From Chrysochromulina tobinii (Eukaryota): a DNA stretch of 36,478 bases. The DNA is taken from NCBI GenBank assembly GCA_001275005.1, contig JWZX01002710.1:1-36478 (forward strand), written 5' to 3'. Shown piece after piece: positions 19,865-29,737 of the stretch; position 1 is the stretch's first letter, and every line of letters starts with the position of its first letter. The position numbers were made by a program, and so were the translations under genes. A model generated the notes under the pieces. The model was not told the DNA's origin and searched no databases. It saw only the letters and a list, made by a program, of their open reading frames with translations.

Positions 19865-22720
19865 ATGTCGTGCTCACCCGTGTTTAGTGGCGGTGGATCA
19901 GTGCGTTCAGCGAGCGCCGCCGTCTATGTGCCACGCGCGCTGGCCGGTGGCGGTGCTCCGTGCGGACACGGCCCGGGCACGGCATCATCTGCCCCTCTAC
20001 TGCCGGGTCGTGCTCCGCGGTCTGATAGCCAGAGATCATCCATGAGCGGTGTGCCGACGGCCACATGGACGCGCAATCAGCTTAATTTGGGCCAACATCG
20101 TCCGACCACCGCGATCGGACGCGCCACTCTGACGCTGCCGGCTCCAAGCTTTGGGTATCATGAGAAGTACGATGTCGTCCTTGTGTATCCCAACCCCAAC
20201 CCTGGCAGCAAGTCCAAGGAAGCGACGCGGCGGCGCACGATTGCGTCGCGCATGCGCTTCATCGGCCTCGATGTAGCGCGCGAAATTTCACGCGACGGCG
20301 ACGAGGTGCTGCTGAAGATCGCGGCGAATGATGAGCTGCTCGAGGAGATCGCAGAGCAGATCACGATGGAAAAGCGCCTCAAAGCGGGCGGCTACACGGA
20401 CTACACGCGAGAGGCGAAGAAGCTGTTCGCTCCTGCTTCGAGCAGCTCCTTCTTCAGCTCGCTCGAACGGCAGAGGCTCATCCTCGCGGCCCTCGAGCTC
20501 GGGCTCTCGGAGGGTGGCTGCGACATCGACCTAAATCTCGAGATTGAACGTGGGGTGCTCAAGGCGGTCGTTCCCGTGCATGACGCCTCGATCGGGAGCG
20601 GTGCGCTCATGGAGCAGTGGTGCCTCGCTCCTTTGAGCTGGTGGCCCAACCAGCCACTCGATGAGATCAAAGAGTACTTTGGCGAGCGGATCGCACTTTA
20701 CTTTGCCTTCCTGCAGTGCCTCACCCGTAGCTTGCTCGTACCAGGTCTGGCGGGCCTGTTCGTAACGTTCGTCGGACTCTTCTACGGCAGCCCCGACAAC
20801 CCCGTGACACCTTTCTACTCCGTGTTCATCATGGTGTGGCTGCCTTGGTTTGCCAAGGCCTGGAGGCGCGAGGAGGCGCAGCTCGCATATCGCTGGAACG
20901 TCGAGGACTTTGAGGCCACGGAGCGCGTGCGGCCGCAGTTCCGCGGCGAGCTCGCCCGAGGCTTCTACTCACCAGAGGGTCACTTCATCAATGTGGACGA
21001 GCATGACAAGCTGAGCGCGGCGGCGCCGCTGCTCAAGCGCTTCACAGTCGAGCAGCTCCGCCAACGCATGCTCGTGTCGTATTTGGTGATCATGCCGCTT
21101 GTGATCCTGGTGATCATTGGGGTGATGACGATCCTCGCATACCGCTCATTTTTGCAGATGTCGTTCGCGAACGCACATGCAATCTTGCTCGGCATAACCG
21201 AGATCGACGACGTGCCGGAGTCGATTGCAGTGACGTTCGGCTCGTGTTTGGGTTCAGGCCTCTACTCGGTGTGGCTCGCGGTGACCAACTATTTTTACGG
21301 GCTCGTGGCGGTGAAACTCAACAACTGGGAGAATCACCGCACCGAGACAGCGTACGAGGACGCCCTCATCCTCAAGACCTTTTGCTTCCAATTTGTCAAC
21401 AGCTACGTCACGCTGTTCTACATCGCGTTCCTCAAGGCGTCGCAAATCGGCCTGCTGCCCGGGATGACCGAGTATTGCCACGACGCGAGCCACTTTGACT
21501 ACTCGGCCGAGGTGATCAAGGGGACTCACGGAGGTCTCAACCCCTTCTGCATGGGTGAGCTTTCCTATATGCTCTCTTCGCTCGTCATCTTCTCGCACAT
21601 GATTGCCAAGAGCACTGAGTATGTGATGCCTCGCATGATGGCGCTGATGCGAGGGTTCGCCGAGGTGTATGCCATGCGCAAGCGCGGAGTGTTCGTCAAG
21701 CCGATGAGCGTGCACGAGGAGCAGGCAATGCTCGAGCCGCATGAGGGCTGCTTCGCCGAGTATCTGTTCCTCATGACGCAGCTCGGATTCGTCACGCTCT
21801 TCGCGCCCGCCTTCCCGATCGCTGCGCTCGTGTGCTACGTCTCGTTTTTGCTCGAGATCCGAACGGACGCGTACAAGCTGCTGCACAACACGCAGCGGCC
21901 GCGCTACGCTGGCGCTCAGGACATTGGCTCGTGGCAAAAGGTACTAGTCATCCTGGGCGTCATGAGCATCTTCACGAACATGGGGCTCATCGGTGTCACC
22001 ACGACGACTTTCAGCGCGGCGCTGCCGATAAACTTCCTCGGCCTTCAGATCACCCATGACAACAAGGTGCTGTTCCTCTTCATCTTTGAGCACATGATGC
22101 TCGGTGCCCAATACTTCATCTACGCCTGGATTCCCGACTTGACGCGTGAGATGGAGATCGCGCGGGCCACCATACTCTGGCGCAAGCGCGCAACGCTTGA
22201 GGTCTGGAAGGCGGCTCAGAACCCCGACATAGTGGAGCAGACCAAACCGCTCGTGGTCGAGGGCGTGGACGCACAGCCACGGCCGCCCCGGGTCGAGTGG
22301 GACGATGATGCGATTCCCGAGCGCTTCATCCACGACGCCAAAGGGCTGTATGTGGAGCCCTGCCGTCCAGCCGAGTGGTCGCGGATGCTCAAGGCGGGCG
22401 AGTGGCTTGCGGAGGAGAAGGCCGTCGAAAAGGCTAAGGAGGAGAACCTCAGGCTCTACCGCGCCGAGGCTGCCGCCTTGGAAAACGCGCTCGCGGCCAA
22501 GCAGGCAGCGCCCGCCATGGCGCCCGCTCTCCTCGGTCCCACATCTCCATCGCATGCGCTTGTCAGCGCATATCCGCACGACCCGGAGCAGGCAGCGCTG
22601 CTGCCGCCGGCCTCCGCGTCCTCGCCGTCGCCGAAGAAGTACCTGACCAACAGGTATCTGCGCCGTGAACAAACGGACCAAACACTAGCCGAGCGTGTGC
22701 CGGGCGAACTGGATGCCTGA
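19865..22720 (+). CDS. Anoctamin / TMEM16 family channel-scramblase
   Basis: FFSSLERQRLI, QPLDEIKEYFGERIALYFAFL, W.R....LAYRW, ENHRTETAYEDALILKTFCFQFVNSYVTLFYIAF, EYLFLMTQLGFVTLFAPAFPIA, EIRTDAYKL, AQDIGSW, IFEH. The start may instead be ATG 20042. Confidence 0.95.
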   Translation: MSCSPVFSGGGSVRSASAAVYVPRALAGGGAPCGHGPGTASSAPLLPGRAPRSDSQRSSMSGVPTATWTRNQLNLGQHRPTTAIGRATLTLPAPSFGYHEKYDVVLVYPNPNPGSKSKEATRRRTIASRMRFIGLDVAREISRDGDEVLLKIAANDELLEEIAEQITMEKRLKAGGYTDYTREAKKLFAPASSSSFFSSLERQRLILAALELGLSEGGCDIDLNLEIERGVLKAVVPVHDASIGSGALMEQWCLAPLSWWPNQPLDEIKEYFGERIALYFAFLQCLTRSLLVPGLAGLFVTFVGLFYGSPDNPVTPFYSVFIMVWLPWFAKAWRREEAQLAYRWNVEDFEATERVRPQFRGELARGFYSPEGHFINVDEHDKLSAAAPLLKRFTVEQLRQRMLVSYLVIMPLVILVIIGVMTILAYRSFLQMSFANAHAILLGITEIDDVPESIAVTFGSCLGSGLYSVWLAVTNYFYGLVAVKLNNWENHRTETAYEDALILKTFCFQFVNSYVTLFYIAFLKASQIGLLPGMTEYCHDASHFDYSAEVIKGTHGGLNPFCMGELSYMLSSLVIFSHMIAKSTEYVMPRMMALMRGFAEVYAMRKRGVFVKPMSVHEEQAMLEPHEGCFAEYLFLMTQLGFVTLFAPAFPIAALVCYVSFLLEIRTDAYKLLHNTQRPRYAGAQDIGSWQKVLVILGVMSIFTNMGLIGVTTTTFSAALPINFLGLQITHDNKVLFLFIFEHMMLGAQYFIYAWIPDLTREMEIARATILWRKRATLEVWKAAQNPDIVEQTKPLVVEGVDAQPRPPRVEWDDDAIPERFIHDAKGLYVEPCRPAEWSRMLKAGEWLAEEKAVEKAKEENLRLYRAEAAALENALAAKQAAPAMAPALLGPTSPSHALVSAYPHDPEQAALLPPASASSPSPKKYLTNRYLRREQTDQTLAERVPGELDA

Positions 22721-23897
22721 GTGAGATCGCCGGGCCGGGTATCAGAGCGAGCGGTCTGTCAGAGGTGTTTGGCGCTACCTTTACGGTATGTCTCGTGTGG
22801 TCGTGAGGCGGAGGATCTCGACTCGGCGCTGATCGGTGCGGTCGACGGATCTAAGCGAACGCTGAGGCGACGCTGCGGAGACGGGAGCGAGCACTCGTGT
22901 ACGCTACGGTCGGTGCGTCGCGCGTCGGGGTCGGGAACCTACCACCTATCGATACCACACCTAACTCGCCTAAGCAGCGCCTCTCGCCGGAACGCGCGCT
23001 ATAGCCTATACACCTCCGTTCGCGGTAACGCCGGCCGCGCGGTCGTGGCTCCCGGTCCTATTACCTATACAGGCCTAATATCAGGCCAAACACGAAACAG
23101 GCGGCCGCGTACGCGCGGGGTACGCCGCGACGCCGCTCGCCGCTCGCCGGTATCGCGGTTCGCGCGCCTTAACGCGCGCCGCAAGGTTTGAGCGGAATGG
23201 GTCGGGGTGTTAAATTGAAAATTCGTGTTAGTGGCATTAGTGGGTGTACCGAGGGAGGAGGGTCGAGCCGTACCGTCTACCGAGAGGCGGGCTAGGCCCT
23301 AGGGCTATAGGCGCTAGGGCCAAGGGAGGACGGGACCACCGTCGGACCGCGCATCCGCGCTTCGAGAGACGAGACCGCGCTATAACGCCGGAAGGCGTAA
23401 CCGGAGGCGGAGCGCCGGGACCGCGGGAGCCGCGCCGGCGCCGTTACGGTTACGTTGTCCGACGTATGTCCGCCGAGCTGGAGCTCAGTACTGAGTACCG
23501 GACCGCGTCAAGAGACAATAGACGAGACGCTCAGGAGCGTCGTCATCTTGACGAGACGATGGAGCGTGCAGACACGGGAGTGAGTCAGTGAGACCATACC
23601 TTTAGAAACCTTAGTAAGATACAACTCAAAGCCAGAACTTTACAGAGAGGGGAGTACATCAAGCAAAAAAGGTGGCCGCGGGTATGGGCCAGCCCAGGGG
23701 TACGGACCAACCGAACCCGGGGAGGGGACTTCCCTACAACAAGAGACTAAGAAGGCAGAAGCTGTGTCGCGCTCGAAGAGACGGAGACGCTGTGCAATCG
23801 CTAGGGCATACTTCTGTGCGCGCGTCCTTGGCGCCGTGCTGCGGACGAGTTGCGGACGAGTCGCAGCTCATCCTCTCGATGCGAGCGCATCAGCCAT

Positions 23898-24362
23898 CTA
23901 GTCGTCGCCCGACACCCATGATGCCTCCACAATCTCCTTCACTTTGCGCTCGTACTCTCTGCGATTTTCCTGGTAGAGGCGTGCCGCCTCTGAATTGGCG
24001 GGCGAGGCGGGATTGGGGTCACACAGCAGCGACTGGATCGAGGTGAGGATCGCCGAGATGTCGTAGATGGGCGACCATTGATTCTGCAGGATGTCGAGGC
24101 AGATGGAGCCGTCGGCGTAGATGTTTGGATGGTACATCTTCGTGAGGAATTTGACGACGGGCGCCTTGTTCGGGTACTCCTCGGTAAACTCGAGGTGCAG
24201 CTTGAACGTACCATCCTCCCACGCGGTGTCGTCTGGCCCAAAAATGACGGCTTGCCACTTCATGATGTCGTTGTCGAGAGGCGCGCCGTTGACGCCCTCT
24301 GGGGGATCGGACTGCATGCGCTTAAAGTCGCGCATGAGGCGTCGGCGAGCTGCGGTCGACAT
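23898..24362 (-). CDS. RAD6: Ubiquitin-conjugating enzyme E2, RAD6/UBC2 (UBE2A/B) orthologue, 154 aa
   Basis: [15 protein letters not shown]...[19 protein letters not shown]...[10 protein letters not shown]...[26 protein letters not shown]...[21 protein letters not shown] is the canonical RAD6 sequence with catalytic Cys. Confidence 0.97.
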   Translation of the reverse strand: MSTAARRRLMRDFKRMQSDPPEGVNGAPLDNDIMKWQAVIFGPDDTAWEDGTFKLHLEFTEEYPNKAPVVKFLTKMYHPNIYADGSICLDILQNQWSPIYDISAILTSIQSLLCDPNPASPANSEAARLYQENRREYERKVKEIVEASWVSGDD

Positions 24363-24644
24363 GGCTGCGAGTTGCAAAGCACGAGCTCCACGCACAGGCT
24401 GCTTCTGTGTCCGGCCCTCGCCCAACTCCACACTCTGGGCACGGTCGCTACCGGTACGCTTCGAGACGCGCGCTCTTGTGCGGCTCCTTGCAAAAAACGA
24501 GCACTTAGTTGTAAACTGAATCGCGCGACGCCGCAACCCGCCTTCCACGATCGTGGAGCCCACGCTCATCGAACATCCAAATACGCTACGCATGACAAAC
24601 TGCGCGGACTACCTGTATGGTGTGTGGTCGCCGGCTCGCCGCCG

Positions 24645-26001
24645 TCAGCTCATCGGGGCGGCGCAGTAGACGCATGAGTTGCGTCCCCAGCCTGTCGCGC
24701 ACGCCCTGTGCACTGCCTTGCCGCAGCCCCATCGGCAGTGCAGCACGAAGCGCTCCAGCTGCGCCGAGCTCGGCGGCTCGCTCGCGAGAGGGGTAGAGGC
24801 CGCTGGGCCGTCGTCAGCGGCGGCATTGCCGTCGCCGGTGCCGTCGCCGGTGCCGCTGCTGCTGTCGCTAGGCGCGCCGATGCCGCGCGCCATCCGACGC
24901 TTGAGCGCCGCCGCCACAGCGGCGGCGGCGGCAGCTGTGGCGACCGGTAGCGTCTTCCCGAGCGTCGTCCCGAACATCCCCCACATCAGGGCACTGCTGG
25001 GCTGGGCCTCGGCGTCGGCGTCTTCATCAGGCGGCTTGATGAGCTCTTCGTGGCAAAAGGCGCAAATGTCGCCCGGCTCGATGGGAATCAGGCGCACGGG
25101 CGGGCGCGGCTTGATCCAGCGGCGCAGCTTATCGGCGCGCCGCTCGAGCTCAGCGCCAAACGCTTCTCGGCAGTTGGCTTGACTCAACAGCATGAACAGC
25201 GAGGCGTACGCATGCATCAGGAGCATCTTGAGGCAGAGCGAGGCGATCGAGCGCAGCAGCTCCATCGACGCGGGCCCATACCAGAAGGCCGGGTACCGGA
25301 AGATGTAATAGTAGTCGTGGTAGTGCTGGTCCTTGCATGCATACGTGTACACGCCATACAGCTGCTCTGTGCCCAGGTTGATTGGGATGATGCTGTCGAG
25401 CACGCTGAGCTCGAGACGGGCGGGACGTCCCTCGGCATTGGCAGTCGCGATCGCACGGTCAGGCCGGAAGGTGATCGAGCCCGGCAGCGAGAGCAGCGAC
25501 GGGCAAGCGGCCAAACATGGGCACCCAGCTGAGCCACTCGCGGCTCGCCACAGCGGCAAGCACGCGCAGGAAGGGCGGCCCAAAGGGAGGCTCGACGCCC
25601 ACGACGCGGCGGAGCAGCCGGCGTGGCAGCACCTTCCGCGTGAGCGCGATCAGCAGGCCGCGCCAGCCCGACGCGCGCAGCCGATCGGAGGTGCACGAGG
25701 GCGTATCGGAGAGCATCGTGGTCAACAGCAGCGAACCAGTGCCAATCGTCATCGCAATCTGCGCCGAGAGGCGAAAGAAGAAGATGCTGAGCAGCGGCCG
25801 CGCGAGGTCGGCCTGAGCTGCAACCAAGAAGGCGTAGGCCACGATCCCGACGAAGATGGTCATCATGCACAGGGTGCCGGCGAAGTGCTCGACAAGCGTC
25901 GCCGAGAGCAGCACGATCATCGAGGCGCACTCCCACATGACGCCGAGCAGAACGCCGTAGATGAAGGCGGCGGTGACGCGTACGACCTGGTTCCACGCCA
26001 T
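24645..26001 (-). CDS. Multi-pass membrane protein with C-terminal C4HC3 RING-like finger; frame break near 25500
   Basis: N-part (ATG 26001, MAWNQVV..., several hydrophobic helices) is in ORF 25459..26049. C-part is in ORF 24645..25583 with CAFC...(long low-complexity insert)...CRWGCGKAVHRAC...W....CVYC. Confidence 0.6.
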
Positions 26002-26151
26002 CAAAACACAGCAATGTGACGAAACACAGAGGTTCCGAAGGCCGATCACAAATGCATGTTCGTACTCGATGGATACACTCCCAGAGCGCTTCTAATATTC
26101 GGGGCCACTCGTGAACAGATGGTGTGATTTCCTAGCCATTTCGCCTCGAAG

Positions 26152-29100
26152 ATGCTGGCTTTGGCTATGGCGATGGCGGCGCTGCTCCCAGCATCACCTC
26201 GCACGCTCCGGTTCTCGCCTCGTCGCGACCTTGCCGCTCGCTCGTCGCGACCCTGCCTCGCTGTCGCCGACGCGCCCGATGCTGACGTCGTCGAGCTCCT
26301 CGGCCTCTTTAGCTCGCTCCAATGCGACACCACCGAGGCCGAGGTCGTCGCCGAGGTCACCGAGGCTGCACCAGCCGCCGGTAGCTCGGCAACGATGCTC
26401 CTTCCACCGACACAGCCGTCTTCGCCCTCCATCGCGTCCATCAACGCCGCCGCCAAGACCATCCTTGCGTCTTCGGAGCCCCCGCTTGCAAAGCAGGACC
26501 GCCTGGCGGCCCTGAGTGAGCGCGCGCTCGCGAGCGGCCGCACGCGCTCGGCGCAGCTGGCGTTCGATCACGCACTGCGTCGATGGCGCAAGTGGCGAGC
26601 CACCAAGCCGGTGCCGCTCTCGCGCTCGCTGCTACTCGCTGGGCTCCGCTCAGCCGCCGCTCGGCGTGACAAGGCGGCATACGAGGAGCTGCTGCTTTCG
26701 GCGCAGGAGTCGTGGGAAGTGGATCTGACGCATGAGCCGCGGCTGCTGAGTGGTGCAATGGTGGGCTGCAGCGAGGCTGGCTGGCTCGACAACGCGCGCG
26801 CGTGCAACATGACCATCGTCGCCGCCGGCCTGGTGCCCACGACGGAGGCGGTCAATGCGTTTATGGCCGCACAGCTGCGCGCGGGCGACACGGACGGCGT
26901 GCTCGATGCGTTCATCCACCTGCGACAGCACGGACCGCCCGCGGACCGTCAGTCTCAGGCGCTCGCCATGCGTGCCGCCGCCAGCCGAAAGGCCTCTTGG
27001 AACGCGCTGCGCAACCTGATGCGCCGCTCGTGGCTCAAGATTCCGTGGAATGCCGCCTCGGCGAACGCAGCGGTGGGAGAGTTCGTGAGCACGGGCAACC
27101 TGCGCGCCGCCGCGGGCGTGCTCGGCCACATGCAGTCGACACGCATGCCGCTTCGGCTTGAGAGCCTCGAGCGCTTGCTCGGGCACACCGCCCTCGCTTG
27201 TGGCTCCTCTCCGACGAGCCTCCGGGTTTTCAGCGCGATGCAGCAGCACGTCGGTGCCCTGGGCGCGCTCGCGAAGGGCGCGCGCGAGGCCGGCAAGGAG
27301 GAGGCGAACGAGAAGAAAGCGGAGGCGGCGGGAAGGGGGGTGGGCCAGGGGGAGCACGATCAGCAGCCGCAGCAGCAGCCACAGCCGCAGCCGGAGCCGT
27401 CCGCCGCGCGCGCCGCAGCAGATGGTGCGACCCTGGCTGCAGCAGGCCGCGCCGCCGCCGCGTCCGCCTCTGTCCTGCGCGCGCCACCGCTCTCGATGAC
27501 AGCACGGTTGCTCATGCTCTGCCACCTGTCGCCGTCGGCACGCATTCCTTTTTGCGTGCGCGCACTCGCCGAGCTCGCTGATCCCGCGAGTCGAGTGCTC
27601 GCGCAAGCGACCATCGCGCTCGTGCTGGCCGCGGAGCCCGGGGGCGCCGTTGCGAGCGCGGCGTGGCTCACCCGCCTATACGAGGAGGGGGTCGACCTTG
27701 CCCACGTGGCCGAGAGTGCCCAGCTCGGCGCGCTCGTCGACGCCCTCGTGCCGACAGAGTACGGGGAGTCGCTCGAGGGGCTTCTCGAAACCTCGCCAGC
27801 CTTGCCACAACATGCTCTCAAGCTGACGAGTGAGGAGGCGGCGCTTGAGACCGACCTGCGCGAGGAGCGGCTGGCGAGCGAGGCGAAGCAGAAGGCGCTC
27901 GAGGAGGCATTCAAGCTTGCCGTGCGCCGCCAGGGGCGCAAAGGTGAGGACGAGGACGAGCTGGCGGCGGCGGCAGCGGCGGCGGCGGCGACGGCGGCAG
28001 CCGATGCGGCAGGTGCGGCGAAGGCTGGCCGCGGCCGTAAGCGTAGCAGCGGCAGCAGCAGCGGCAGCAGCAGCGGTAGCAGCAGCAGCAGCAGCAGCAG
28101 CAGCGTGAGCGACGATGACGAGGAGCGGCCGAGCCTGCGCCGCACCCTGCGCAAGAAGCTCTATCCTGAGAGCCTCTGGGCGCTCGCCGTGCGCGCCTGC
28201 GGCTCGCGCATAGAGCAGGCGGAGGCGCTGTGCGCGGCGGCGGCGGCGGTAGGTGAGCTGAGCGCCGAGACCGGCGTGGGCGTGCCGATGCTCGAGGAGA
28301 TGATCCTTGTGTGTGGACGGGCGCGCGACCCGAGCGCTGCCGTGCTCACGCTGCGCAAGCTTGAGGGCCGTGCGAGCCCCGAGGCGTACGTGAGCGCTCT
28401 CGGCACGTGCTGCGCGGACGAGGCGCCCAACATGGCGCTGGCCGACGGCGTGCTCGACATGATGCAGGGGGCTGGGGCCCTCGACGCCGCGACGCCTGGG
28501 CGAGCTGCTCAGGCTCTTTGTCGGGTTAGTGCGCGGCTATGGGCGGAGCGCCGCGCTGGAGGAGGCGCATGGGGCATTCAAGGAGGGCCTGGAGTGGCTC
28601 GAGATGGCGCAGCAGCAGCAGATCAAGCGCAGGCAGCAGCAGCAGCAGGGGCCAGTCGAGGCGCAGAGAGCGAGTGGGAAGACGCCGAGTGGCGGGCAGC
28701 CGAGCGCGCGCTCACACGCGTGATGGTGGATGCGGCGGTTCCACACCCGCGTGGACTGTTGCTTGCATGCACCCTCCTTGAGCGCCTCGAGCGCCGTTCT
28801 GGGCAAGGGCTGAAGCACGGGTACTACAACAACCTCATCTCGGGGCATGCGACGGCACACGATCTGCACGTGGCACTGGGCGCGTTGCAGCAGGCGCAGG
28901 GGCTGCGCGGTGTCTCCGCGTCCGGCTATCGCGTCACCGACGCCACCATCGCGACCCTCATGGACGCTCTCACCGCGCAGGCCGCCGGGCTGGCGGCCGC
29001 GGGGGGGAGTGGGGACGAGCGGCTGCGCGCCTCGGCGGTGAACACGCTCAGCTCAGCCGGGCTCCAGCTGGACCAAAAGGTGGCCGCCTACCTCGCGAGC

Positions 29101-29463
29101 GGCGGGAGCGGCAAGATGCGCGGGGCGCGGCCGGTGAACGCGAATGACGAGATCTTGAGCGCCGAGTTGGGCGGACTACCGGTCTCAACGCGCGACGCGG
29201 AGAGGCGCGCGGCGGCGCGCGGCATGATGGTGGCCGCCTGGAGTGACGCAGATGAGGCCAGCTACGAGCCCGCTCCGAGCGAGCAGCGGGCGTACGATGA
29301 GTTTGAGAAGTTGCTCGCTCAACGTGAGGATCGAGTGCCACGGGGGGATCCGAACGGCAAGCCCGAGAGAGACACGAAGAAGGCGGTTGACGCGCGCCGG
29401 CTCACCAATATGCAGCCGGGCACCCAGGACCCCTTGGGCTTGCGGAGCCAGCGGGGCTTGTAG
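26152..29463 (+). CDS. Degenerate pentatricopeptide-repeat (PPR-like) protein, probably plastid-targeted
   Basis: Signal-peptide-like MLALAMAMAALLPA followed by an Arg/Ser-rich transit-like region. PPR-like units: PTTEAVNAFMAAQLRAGDTDGVLDAFIHLRQHG, WNAASANAAVGEFVSTGNLRAAAGVLGHMQ, EAYVSALGTCC...ADGVLDMMQGAG, YYNNLISGHA. Confidence 0.7.
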   Translation: MLALAMAMAALLPASPRTLRFSPRRDLAARSSRPCLAVADAPDADVVELLGLFSSLQCDTTEAEVVAEVTEAAPAAGSSATMLLPPTQPSSPSIASINAAAKTILASSEPPLAKQDRLAALSERALASGRTRSAQLAFDHALRRWRKWRATKPVPLSRSLLLAGLRSAAARRDKAAYEELLLSAQESWEVDLTHEPRLLSGAMVGCSEAGWLDNARACNMTIVAAGLVPTTEAVNAFMAAQLRAGDTDGVLDAFIHLRQHGPPADRQSQALAMRAAASRKASWNALRNLMRRSWLKIPWNAASANAAVGEFVSTGNLRAAAGVLGHMQSTRMPLRLESLERLLGHTALACGSSPTSLRVFSAMQQHVGALGALAKGAREAGKEEANEKKAEAAGRGVGQGEHDQQPQQQPQPQPEPSAARAAADGATLAAAGRAAAASASVLRAPPLSMTARLLMLCHLSPSARIPFCVRALAELADPASRVLAQATIALVLAAEPGGAVASAAWLTRLYEEGVDLAHVAESAQLGALVDALVPTEYGESLEGLLETSPALPQHALKLTSEEAALETDLREERLASEAKQKALEEAFKLAVRRQGRKGEDEDELAAAAAAAAATAAADAAGAAKAGRGRKRSSGSSSGSSSGSSSSSSSSSVSDDDEERPSLRRTLRKKLYPESLWALAVRACGSRIEQAEALCAAAAAVGELSAETGVGVPMLEEMILVCGRARDPSAAVLTLRKLEGRASPEAYVSALGTCCADEAPNMALADGVLDMMQGAGALDAATPGRAAQALCRVSARLWAERRAGGGAWGIQGGPGVARDGAAAADQAQAAAAAGASRGAESEWEDAEWRAAERALTRVMVDAAVPHPRGLLLACTLLERLERRSGQGLKHGYYNNLISGHATAHDLHVALGALQQAQGLRGVSASGYRVTDATIATLMDALTAQAAGLAAAGGSGDERLRASAVNTLSSAGLQLDQKVAAYLASGGSGKMRGARPVNANDEILSAELGGLPVSTRDAERRAAARGMMVAAWSDADEASYEPAPSEQRAYDEFEKLLAQREDRVPRGDPNGKPERDTKKAVDARRLTNMQPGTQDPLGLRSQRGL

Positions 29464-29737
29464 CTCCATCCCGTGCGCTCCACCTTGTGAACGTACCACT
29501 CCACCTAGATGAACGTACTTCAATACCACTGATTGGACTTTCAAATGTATGTGCGTCTACGTGCGTCTGCGTCGGTCGGCGTACGAAATTTGATGTCAAG
29601 CTCCCCTTTCAAACTGTTTTCCGGGGTGTGAACAGCGCAAACGTACATGTACAAACCCCGAACGAAACTTGATTAGGACCACGCTGCCGACGCAACGCTT
29701 GATGAGCGGCTGATTCATTGTCGGAGTGGACTGATTC

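Noticed and set aside
22721..23591. ORFs 22721..23191 and 23244..23591
   Set aside because: GTG starts, Arg-rich non-protein-like composition and TA-rich codons unlike genuine genes here.
14464..24362. SNF2 (ERCC6L2-like) plus RAD6 as a DNA-repair gene cluster
   Set aside because: They are separated by an unrelated anoctamin and are housekeeping genes in a eukaryote; there is no evidence of functional clustering.
28044..28103. AGC/GGC poly-Ser tract, and similar QQP (33960-34030), GGV/GGR (17815-17875) and DVEEN (11345-11380) coding repeats
   Set aside because: Ordinary in-frame low-complexity slippage repeats.
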